This document shows positions 8,653 through 16,204 of a stretch of 17,627 nt of DNA, in pieces; positions within the stretch are counted from its first letter, which is position 1; each line of letters begins with the position of its first letter. This stretch comes from Planctomycetota bacterium (GTDB lineage: Bacteria > Planctomycetota > SZUA-567 > H5-PLA8): the NCBI GenBank assembly GCA_045863855.1, contig BTVV01000127.1, forward strand, positions 1 to 17,627, given 5' to 3'. The notes below the pieces were generated by a model, which was not told the DNA's origin, searched no databases, and saw only the letters and a list, made by a program, of their open reading frames with translations. The position numbers were made by a program, and so were the translations under genes.

Positions 8653-11607
8653 TCAGCGGGTGACCGGGTGCCGCGCGCCGACTCCCGGCGCGCCTTCGGC
8701 GGCCCAATCGTCGAGGTCCGCATCGCGCGCGGGCGCGGGCATCGGCGGCGCGCCACGTCCGGATTTCGGCTCGTCGGCCGGCGGCGGCTCCACGGGTTCG
8801 GCCGGCGGCGGGGAAGGCACCACGGGTTCAGGAGTCGGCGGCTTCTTTTTCTTGCCGTGCTTCTTAAGCAGATCGAAGGGGTCGAAATTGCGCTCTTCGG
8901 GCGCCTCGTCCCCGCCGTCGGTCTCGATCTCGGGCACCAAGAGGCTCTGATTGGGAACCACGAGATTTCTGTAAGCGAGCGTCGGCGCCAGCGAGAACCC
9001 GACGGAACTGTCGTTGTTGTTGCGGTCGAAGCGGTAGCTGAACGTGCCGACCAGCGCCCCGTACCTCCGCGTGATGGCGATGCGCTGGTAGGAACGCCCC
9101 TTGGTGGAGAGCAATCCCTTGCGCCGCTCTTCGACGTTCTCGACCGAGAGGCCCCAGCGTTCGCTCAACTGGAAATCCACGCGCACCTTGAACAGGTCGG
9201 AGCCCTGGATATCGCGGTCCTTGTCGGTGAAGTTGAAGCGCTCGGAGATTTCCGCGCGCCAGCGTCCGCCTGGATCGAGGAGCAAGCGCAAGGTGGCCGT
9301 CTCGGCGTCGCCGCCGTTCTCGAGGTTAAGTCCCAAGTCGGTGCTGAGCTGCACGGCATCGATGACGTTGATGTATCCGTTGATGTGGAAGAGATCGAAC
9401 AGGTCGCCTTCCAGCAGGCGGTCGCGGTCGGCGGCTCGAGGCAGCAGGTCCACGTACATGCGCAGGCCTGCGAATTCGCGGGTGCGCAGGCCTCCCTTGC
9501 GGGCGAAGCGGGTCTGAAAACGCTGATCCAGGGCGAAACGGATGCGCTGCATGCCGACGAGGTCGTCGACGGTATCGAAGTCGTAAATGTTCACGGGGTC
9601 TTCGATGGTGTTGCTGACAGCGCTCCACTCGATGCGCGGCTCGATGATGTGTCGGAAACCGTTAAGGCCCAGTTCGTAGTTCTTGGCGTCGGCAAAGGTT
9701 CCGTAGAAGCGGGTCGAAACGTCGAGCCCGTACAGAGCGGCGCCCTGCACGGTACCGTCGTCCTCACGCGACTGGCTGTACCACGCGGCCTGACCGCCCA
9801 GGTAGGGCCGCCAGTTCATGCCCCAGAAGCGGGTGGGGCGTTCGACGATGGCTTTGCCGTAGGCACGGAAGGCTTCCAGATCGCCTTGGTCGATGATGTC
9901 GCGGTCGAAGTCTTTGCGCAGGTAACCGGCTTGGCCTTCGGCGCTGGCGTAAAACCCGCCCCCGATCCCGGTGGGAATCAAGGTACCGCCCAAGGCGGGC
10001 TGGTATTCCGTGAAGGTGCCGTAGTCGTACGGTGCACGCGGGGGCGCGCCGTCGAACTCGTTGGGATTGACGCGGTAGAAGAGTTCCGAGCTGTAGTTGT
10101 CGCCGGCTTTGAGCACGCTGGCGAGCGCCTCGGGCTGGTTGTTTTCGAGGTAGTTGTTGCGGAAGTAGTCCAGCTCCAGGTCGGGATCGTCGCGGTACTG
10201 ATACTTGAAGTTGAGTTCGACGTCGTTGAGCCCCGCGATGTAGCGCAGCGGCTGGTGGTGCGCCAGATCGACCAGACCGCGATACTCGCCCTCGTACAGC
10301 TTGGACTCGAAAGTGGCCGGCCCCGCGTTGTCCTTGAGCCGGCGGGCGAGGAAGAGCCGGTTGGGGTCGTACTCGCGGTAGTGGTCGCCGTCGATCTTGG
10401 GCTGGATGCGCCGCTCGCGGTTGCGGATACCGCGCTCGGCGTCGTCGTCGCTCGTGATGGACATCTCGGACGCCACGTAGACGCGCACGAAGCCGCGGCC
10501 TCGTTCGAATTCGCGGGCGGCATCGCCTTGCTGCGGGCGCTTGCCGGTCTCGTACTTAAACTCGGTGCCCAAGGCGGGGCCGCGCTTTTCGCGGTAGTCG
10601 GCGTCGATGTAGAGCTTCACCGGATCGAAAAGCCGCTCGTGGTTATCGCCCAACCCCGCGCCGTAGCGGAAGAGGCCGTAGTAACCCCACAGCGAGCTGC
10701 TCCCCGCATCCACCGCGACGAAGCCGAGATGCTTGGTCATGTCGTAATTGACGGTGGGAAGCGGAAATAGCGTGACCGGGCCGATCTTCACGCGCGCGCC
10801 TTTGCCAATGACCGCCTTGGGGCGCAAATCGGTGCGTCCCTCCTTGGTCGGATCGGGAATCTCGCGCAGCAGGAAGTCGAGTTGCTTGACCTTTAGCCCG
10901 TACATGGGGTCGGCCATGTCGTCGGTGGTGACGAACGCATCGGTGGCCGTGTAGCGCAGGCGGCTCTCGCGAACCAGCTTCTCGGCTTTGAAGACGATGT
11001 TCAAGCGGCCCTGCGGATCGTCGACCACATCCAGGTAGATGCCGTATGGGTCGCGTGCGCGCAGGAGCGAGGCCTCGCCCTTCTCGACGGCCGAATAGCC
11101 TTCGTCCAAGCTGCGGCCTTTGGGCAGCGCCAGCGGATTGACCGGCTCTTCGCCGGCCTTCGCCGAAACGCGCACCGTAACGTCCACCAGGTAGCCGCGG
11201 TCGTTGGGGATGTCCACGTAGGCTGCTTGGGCGCTGAGTTCCGATTCGCCCTCGCGCAGCCGGATGTTGCCTTCGGCGTAAACTTCGCGCGACTTATGGA
11301 AGAAGACGATGTGGTCCGCTTCGAGTTTGATGCCGCTGTACTCGACCCAAGCCGTCCCGGACAGGACGATCGCACCTTTGTCTTCGACAAAGGACTGTTT
11401 GACGGCGCTCCAGCGGATACCGGGCACCATGACCGGTACGGCTTCGCCGGTGCCGGGAGCCGGCGCGGTTTCCGGGGTGGGGGCGGGCGCAGGAGTAGGT
11501 GCAGGTTCTTCCCCGCCCCAAACCGGAACGGCCAGCAGAGCCAAGGAGAAGGCGCACCGAAGCCCCAGTCCCAGACGGGAATTGCACGTGTGTCTAAATT
11601 GCGGCAT
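8653..11607 (-). CDS. lptD: LPS-assembly outer-membrane protein LptD (OstA/Imp family); start could be ATG 11607 or TTG 11628
   Basis: Signal peptide, then an OstA-like beta-jellyroll (IVLSGTAWVEY..IKLEADHI...VYAEGNIRL...LSAQAAYVD). The C-terminal beta-barrel has LptD-like motifs DYREKRG.ALG.EFKY, RHIIEP, FD.VDDL and QRFQT, and a final strand VGFSL. Confidence 0.82.
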   Translation of the reverse strand: MPQFRHTCNSRLGLGLRCAFSLALLAVPVWGGEEPAPTPAPAPTPETAPAPGTGEAVPVMVPGIRWSAVKQSFVEDKGAIVLSGTAWVEYSGIKLEADHIVFFHKSREVYAEGNIRLREGESELSAQAAYVDIPNDRGYLVDVTVRVSAKAGEEPVNPLALPKGRSLDEGYSAVEKGEASLLRARDPYGIYLDVVDDPQGRLNIVFKAEKLVRESRLRYTATDAFVTTDDMADPMYGLKVKQLDFLLREIPDPTKEGRTDLRPKAVIGKGARVKIGPVTLFPLPTVNYDMTKHLGFVAVDAGSSSLWGYYGLFRYGAGLGDNHERLFDPVKLYIDADYREKRGPALGTEFKYETGKRPQQGDAAREFERGRGFVRVYVASEMSITSDDDAERGIRNRERRIQPKIDGDHYREYDPNRLFLARRLKDNAGPATFESKLYEGEYRGLVDLAHHQPLRYIAGLNDVELNFKYQYRDDPDLELDYFRNNYLENNQPEALASVLKAGDNYSSELFYRVNPNEFDGAPPRAPYDYGTFTEYQPALGGTLIPTGIGGGFYASAEGQAGYLRKDFDRDIIDQGDLEAFRAYGKAIVERPTRFWGMNWRPYLGGQAAWYSQSREDDGTVQGAALYGLDVSTRFYGTFADAKNYELGLNGFRHIIEPRIEWSAVSNTIEDPVNIYDFDTVDDLVGMQRIRFALDQRFQTRFARKGGLRTREFAGLRMYVDLLPRAADRDRLLEGDLFDLFHINGYINVIDAVQLSTDLGLNLENGGDAETATLRLLLDPGGRWRAEISERFNFTDKDRDIQGSDLFKVRVDFQLSERWGLSVENVEERRKGLLSTKGRSYQRIAITRRYGALVGTFSYRFDRNNNDSSVGFSLAPTLAYRNLVVPNQSLLVPEIETDGGDEAPEERNFDPFDLLKKHGKKKKPPTPEPVVPSPPPAEPVEPPPADEPKSGRGAPPMPAPARDADLDDWAAEGAPGVGARHPVTR

Positions 11608-11642
11608 GGAGGCGGATTCTAACTCCAACTAATGAATCGTCA

Positions 11643-11674
11643 AAGGGTTCCCTACACGACGGCAGGGAATCCTT
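11643..11674. other. Inverted repeat/hairpin in the lptD upstream region
   Basis: AAGGGTTCCCT (11643-11653) pairs with AGGGAATCCTT (11664-11674) at 10/11 with a 10-nt spacer. Function unknown. Confidence 0.4.
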
Positions 11675-11767
11675 ACGGCTTCAAATCCAGGTATCGGGTG
11701 GATGGGCATACCGGTTCAGAGGCCTCGTAAGAAGGCTTCGAAGAACCATCTATTGGGGTTTCAATAG

Positions 11768-11783
11768 GGTAACGGAACGGTAA
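11768..11783 (-). promoter_or_regulatory. Putative response-regulator direct repeat TTACC-N6-TTACC upstream of lptD
   Basis: The plus strand reads GGTAA-CGGAAC-GGTAA, i.e. TTACC-GTTCCG-TTACC on the minus strand, with an 11-bp period. Confidence 0.4.
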
Positions 11784-11797
11784 ACTGCGACCGCCAG

Positions 11798-12895
11798 TCA
11801 GCGGTTCATCTTCAGGGTCGTGAACTTCTGGATATCGTAGGCGCGTTGGTTAAAGCGTACGGCCTCGGAGGAGTTGCCCGAGCGCTCGGCGGCTTCCGCG
11901 GCCTTGATATACATGTCCATCGCACCGGCTCGATTGCCTTGGCGTTCGAGTTCGGCCGCCTTGCTGGCATAGAAGCTTGCGGGCATGGCCTCGTCGTGGG
12001 ACTGCTTCTGCGATCGGGTTCCGGTCGAGCTGCCGGACATCGCAAAAACCAGAATCAGCATAAGCAGGAGACCGGCGCCGCCCGCGATCATCAGGGTCTG
12101 ATTGCCGCCGTCGCTTCCGCCGCCTTTTCCGCCCCGCCGCGACATGCGCTGCGAGCGCCCCGAACCTCCGCTGTTGGACCGGCTGGAAGCGCTGGCGTTG
12201 GACCGCGCGCTGCCGCGCGAAGCGGGCTGAATGTTCTTGGCGCTGTTGGCCTTGCGCTTCTGATCTTTCTTGAGGTTAATCGCCTGGAGCACGTTCGAAT
12301 CGACGAGGTTCTCGTGGACATCGCCGACCTGATCGGCGGGCACCGCCTTGTTGCTGCCGGAGCGGTAAAAGACTTCCTTCTTCTGGCGATTGGAACCTTT
12401 GCTCGAATCTTCGCTCGCGGCGGCACGGCCCGAAGCGCGCGCGGCGCCCCGGCGCGAACTGGCGGCGGCCATTTTGCGCTGACTGGCTCCGCGTCCGGCA
12501 CCCGCGCCCGCTCGCCCTGAGGCTCGGCGACGGCTGGAGGCGCGGCCTTCCGACGCCACCGGTTCGCTATCCGCCATGGGACTCTCCTTGGGCGCCGCAT
12601 CGGGCACGTCGACCGACATGATCTCGAATTCTTCCAGTACTTCGATGCCGTCGTTGATCGGCTCCGCCTGCTTGGCCGTAGGCCGTTCGGACGGCATTTC
12701 GTGCGCGCCTAGACCGTGCGCCACCGGCGCTCGAGCAGCTTTACGCGGAGCGGCCGCCGTCGCCACCGAATCGAGCACCAGCGGAGAGCATTCGGCGCAA
12801 TAGTAATTCCGACCTTGCCGCGTGGCGCGTCCGGCTTGCACGTCTCGGTCCAAGACGTTCGATCCACACGCTTTGCAAGGATAAGAAATCGGCAT
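11798..12895 (-). CDS. Bitopic membrane protein: N-terminal C4 zinc finger, long Ser/Arg/Gly/Ala-rich linker, TM helix, C-terminal TPR-like helices (365 aa)
   Basis: CKAC...CAEC (Cys 7, 10, 33, 36). TM segment TLMIAGGAGLLLMLILVFAM (12038-12097). The C-terminal KAAELERQGNRAGAMDMYIKAAEAAERSGNSSEAVRF is TPR-like. AGGAG upstream. Confidence 0.75.
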   Translation of the reverse strand: MPISYPCKACGSNVLDRDVQAGRATRQGRNYYCAECSPLVLDSVATAAAPRKAARAPVAHGLGAHEMPSERPTAKQAEPINDGIEVLEEFEIMSVDVPDAAPKESPMADSEPVASEGRASSRRRASGRAGAGAGRGASQRKMAAASSRRGAARASGRAAASEDSSKGSNRQKKEVFYRSGSNKAVPADQVGDVHENLVDSNVLQAINLKKDQKRKANSAKNIQPASRGSARSNASASSRSNSGGSGRSQRMSRRGGKGGGSDGGNQTLMIAGGAGLLLMLILVFAMSGSSTGTRSQKQSHDEAMPASFYASKAAELERQGNRAGAMDMYIKAAEAAERSGNSSEAVRFNQRAYDIQKFTTLKMNR

Positions 12896-13139
12896 GGTGC
12901 GTAGGGCTCTCCTGGCCCATTACATCCCGGGTGGTGGCGCTTTCCAGTGCTCCGCTTGCCCTTATAGGTCATTAAGGTGCGAAATCAAGCCTGCCGCTTC
13001 GTCTATTTTGCACCTAGGGCAACCGAAAGGAGGCGCGAGCTTTCCGCTACTAAAAACTAGAAGCCGCATGCCGTCTTTCGTCTACCTTAACGGACTGCAC
13101 AGGTGTTGCTTGCCGACTTTGTGAGGAGTACCTCCAAGC

Positions 13140-14993
13140 GTGGTTAATCAGTCCTTACCGGTTGCTTACCAACGATTTAGCGTATGTAGAGCTGAGTTTT
13201 GGTTAGGTGTGGCGGTGGCGTTTTTACCGTTTGGGGTCCTGGGCTCCGAAGGATCGCCGGCCGATCCGGCGCAGCGGTTGGACCCGCCCGAGCTTCAAGC
13301 CGATGAAGTTCCTGGGATCCGGGCGCTCTTCGAGAAGCTGGGCGCGGTGGATTTCGAGAAGCGTGATGAAGCGCTGCGCGCGCTGGTTCAGCGCGGGTCT
13401 CCTGTCTTAAAGCTGGCCGAGGAATACACCAAGCACCCCACGGCGGAGATCGCTTCTCAAGCGCGCGGATTGCGTGCGCGCCTTCTGCTGGCGTACGACG
13501 GGTATCTGCCGATTTCGCCGAAGCTGGAAGAGGCCCTGTCCCGGCCGTATGTCCAGAACATCAACGAGGGAGCAGCCGTCGCCGAGGCCGGCGAGACGGG
13601 CGGGGTCTTCGATGCGCTGATTGCGACGGCCGGCTTGCAGGGCATCGAACTGCTTGTCGATCCCGAAGCGACGGCTCAGGAAGGCTGGGCGCCGGGTGCG
13701 TTCGTGATTCGACAAGGGCAGCGTTCGCCTACCTTGGGCGATTGGCTCGGGAATATCGTGCACGCTTTAGGCCTGGAGATCGTACCGCGAGGCGATGTGC
13801 TGGTGCTGACGCATGCGACGCGCGCGCAGATGCTCAAGCGCCAGCGGCACACGTTCGACTGGTCGCACTGGAAGCTCGATAAGGAAGAAGCGCAGCGGGT
13901 GAGCGACACGCTGCGCGCGTTCTTTCCGCCGGTCAGCACCGAGGTGCAGCCCGGATCGGCGGCGCTTTCGATTCGCGGCGCCTCTGGCACGATCGCTCGA
14001 GCGGCGCGCTTGCTGGCGTTGCTGGAGCCGGAAGGCCGCGATGCGCAGTGGCCGGAGAGAACCGACGGATTCTCGACGCAAGCGGCGCTGGATCGGCTGG
14101 CGCGGCCGGTCTCTTTGTTCATGAATCACACCGATCTGGTGCAAGCCCTGAACGAACTGAAGCGCCAGAACGCGCCGGTGGCGCTGTGGGTGGAAGGCAA
14201 GCGCTACGATCACGAGCCGTATCCGCCGGAGATCGAAGGACTCGCGCCGATCCGGTTGCAGCTCAAGGATCACCCGCTCGGGTTGACCTTGCGCTGGCTG
14301 GCGCACCGTACGGTCTTGGTGGGAGCGGAACGCGAAATCTTTAAACTGGTCGCGGAGGTGGATGCTGCGGGGCAGCCTGGTTTGCGTCTGGCGCGGGCGG
14401 AGCATGGGATTCTGGAATGGGCCGTCGGAGGCATAGACGTACGCTTCCTGACGCCCTCGAATCTGGCCGACGGGCCGAAAGCCGACGAGGTGCTCCAAGC
14501 GCTGCTCTTGAAGGAATTGGGACCGTACCTGGAACTCTTACCGTCCTTCGAACCGACGCTCTCGCTGCGGGTTCTGCGCGGCAAGGCGCTGGTGCAGGCT
14601 TCTCCCGCGGCAGTGGCGGCCTTTCGCGACCTGGTACGTGAGTGGAAAGCGAACGGCAAGCCGCCTGCCGCGCCGAGCGGCGAACGGATGGACGCGATTC
14701 TGGAACGGAAGGTCGAATGGAACGGAACGGGGCTCACGGCGGGCACACTTCTGAAGCAACTGCGTAAGTTGAGCGGCTGTGCGATCTTCCTGGAAGACGG
14801 CCCACGCGGCGAGCCGGCCTATTTCAAACTGACACGCGAGCAGGCGCAACTACTCCCCCCGGGCCCCCATGCCCTAAAGGCGCTTTTCGACGAATTGGCG
14901 CGGCAGTCTGGCGCGCAATGGGCGGTGCGCTGGGGTGTCATTACGCTCACTCCGGGCCCGGTTGCGCCCCAACCGGAGGGTGTTCAACCTTAG
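13140..14993 (+). CDS. Exported HEAT-repeat + STN/NolW(secretin N-domain)-like repeat protein, no secretin barrel (617 aa; start uncertain)
   Basis: GAGGAG at 13123-13128 and a hydrophobic N-terminal segment. HEAT-like LGAVDFEKRDEALRALVQRG. Three STN-like segments (L.RP/RKV...L..LL..L...G+.W/I.+R..V+.LT) and two NolW/N1-like segments (LSIRGASGTIARAARLLALL; ALVQASPAAVAAFRDLV). Confidence 0.6.
   Translation: MVNQSLPVAYQRFSVCRAEFWLGVAVAFLPFGVLGSEGSPADPAQRLDPPELQADEVPGIRALFEKLGAVDFEKRDEALRALVQRGSPVLKLAEEYTKHPTAEIASQARGLRARLLLAYDGYLPISPKLEEALSRPYVQNINEGAAVAEAGETGGVFDALIATAGLQGIELLVDPEATAQEGWAPGAFVIRQGQRSPTLGDWLGNIVHALGLEIVPRGDVLVLTHATRAQMLKRQRHTFDWSHWKLDKEEAQRVSDTLRAFFPPVSTEVQPGSAALSIRGASGTIARAARLLALLEPEGRDAQWPERTDGFSTQAALDRLARPVSLFMNHTDLVQALNELKRQNAPVALWVEGKRYDHEPYPPEIEGLAPIRLQLKDHPLGLTLRWLAHRTVLVGAEREIFKLVAEVDAAGQPGLRLARAEHGILEWAVGGIDVRFLTPSNLADGPKADEVLQALLLKELGPYLELLPSFEPTLSLRVLRGKALVQASPAAVAAFRDLVREWKANGKPPAAPSGERMDAILERKVEWNGTGLTAGTLLKQLRKLSGCAIFLEDGPRGEPAYFKLTREQAQLLPPGPHALKALFDELARQSGAQWAVRWGVITLTPGPVAPQPEGVQP
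13144..13181 (+). promoter_or_regulatory. Four phased TTA half-sites, 11-bp period (TTAAT/TTACC/TTACC/TTAGC)
   Basis: TTA occurs at 13144, 13155, 13166 and 13177. The core is CTTACC-GGTTG-CTTACC. It overlaps the first codons of the 13140 ORF. Confidence 0.4.
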
Positions 14994-15014
14994 CCGGGAA
15001 TGGCGCTTAGCATT

Positions 15015-15040
15015 TTACGAGAACCTTACGAACGTTAGGT
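15015..15040 (+). promoter_or_regulatory. Direct repeat TTACGA-N5-TTACGA plus overlapping dyad, upstream of the barrel-protein cluster
   Basis: TTACGA at 15015 and 15026 (11-bp period). An imperfect palindrome ACCT-T-ACG-AA-CGT-T-AGGT lies at 15023-15040 in a relatively AT-rich spacer. Confidence 0.4.
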
Positions 15041-15092
15041 ACGTCAAGAATGATAAGATTTGTGCGTATAGCTTGACCCGAGGCGAGCGATT

Positions 15093-16181
15093 ATGCGTCT
15101 AAGAGTTATGCCACGCACGCTGCTTCCTTTTCTGGCGCTGCCCTTATTGGCCGTATCGGCTTCAGGGTGGGGCTTTGAGGAAGTGATTCCGGCCCAACTC
15201 AAGTCCATCGAACGCGGCACGAAGTGGTTGCTCTCGGCGCAGAACAAAGACGGCTCGTGGGGCATGGACCTCCGGGACGTTCCGAACATTGCCTGCACCG
15301 CGACGGCGGGGATGGCGTTGCTGGCGGCAGGGAACACCGAAAAGAACGGTCCGTCGGCCGAGTGCGTGGCGGCGGTGCGCAAGGCCGTCGATTACCTGCT
15401 CAAGCGCATGCAGCGCGTGAAGCGCGGTACGGGGATCGACGACGGCGAGCAGAGCGAATTCCACACGTACGTGGGCGCGCGTTCGCAGAGCATGTACGCG
15501 GTGATCTTCCTGAGCCAGGTTTACGGGATGCAGTCGCTGCAACTGGACGAGACGCGCAACGAACAGGTGCGGCGCGCGGTGGAGCTGCTGAGCGATACGC
15601 TGGCGAAGTGCCAGGAGTCGGATGGAAGCTGGTACAAGGATACGTACAGCAGCCTGCAGGCGACGGCCTTGGGCTGGATGGCGCTGCGTTCGTCGGCTTC
15701 GACGGGCGTCGCGATTCACGGCGCGGCGGTGGACCGCACCCTCAAATTCATTCGCAAGCAGTACAACCCCAGCAGCAATCTTTACGACGGCGGAAACGGC
15801 GAGCGCGGAAATCCGATTTACGCCTCCGCCAGCGCGATCCGGGTGCTCTACGGCATGGGCGAAAGGCAAACGCGCGAAGTCCACGACGCGGTGACCAAGC
15901 TGGTCAAAGGTATCGCCGGCGGCGAGTGGCAACAGGGCTTCCTGACCAACGTCGGTGAGGACTATCCCGCGGCGCTGATGCTGACGCACGCGCTGATTCA
16001 CGAGAAGGGCGAGAATTGGCAAAAGTGGTTCACCTTCGTGCGCGACCGCCTGACCAAGACGCAGAATGCCGACGGGAGCTGGACGGCGACGTCGTGCCTG
16101 CGGGGGCGCACCTTCGCTACGGCATGCGCGCTGCTGTGCCTGGAAACGCCGCTGCGGCTGCTGCCGCTCGAAGATCTGTAA
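15093..16181 (+). CDS. Exported prenyltransferase/squalene oxidase repeat protein ((alpha/alpha)-barrel), paralog 1 (362 aa)
   Basis: Signal peptide and QW-type motifs WLLSAQNKDGSWG, LAKCQESDGSW and LTKTQNADGSW. GAGG SD at 15080-15083. No DXDD cyclase motif in the expected context. Confidence 0.82.
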   Translation: MRLRVMPRTLLPFLALPLLAVSASGWGFEEVIPAQLKSIERGTKWLLSAQNKDGSWGMDLRDVPNIACTATAGMALLAAGNTEKNGPSAECVAAVRKAVDYLLKRMQRVKRGTGIDDGEQSEFHTYVGARSQSMYAVIFLSQVYGMQSLQLDETRNEQVRRAVELLSDTLAKCQESDGSWYKDTYSSLQATALGWMALRSSASTGVAIHGAAVDRTLKFIRKQYNPSSNLYDGGNGERGNPIYASASAIRVLYGMGERQTREVHDAVTKLVKGIAGGEWQQGFLTNVGEDYPAALMLTHALIHEKGENWQKWFTFVRDRLTKTQNADGSWTATSCLRGRTFATACALLCLETPLRLLPLEDL

Positions 16182-16204
16182 GAGTCCCCCAGGAATCCGG
16201 AACC

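Noticed and set aside
8668..10770. 700-aa plus-strand ORF antisense to lptD
   Set aside because: Codon-mirror of lptD with no start signals or domain features.
15001..15016. Possible sigma-54 promoter starting TGGCGC
   Set aside because: There is no TTGC at the -12 position.
16016..16204. N-terminal extension of paralog 2 given by the ORF track
   Set aside because: It overlaps paralog 1 by 166 nt in another frame. ATG 16205 has an SD and begins a signal peptide matching the paralog 1 layout.
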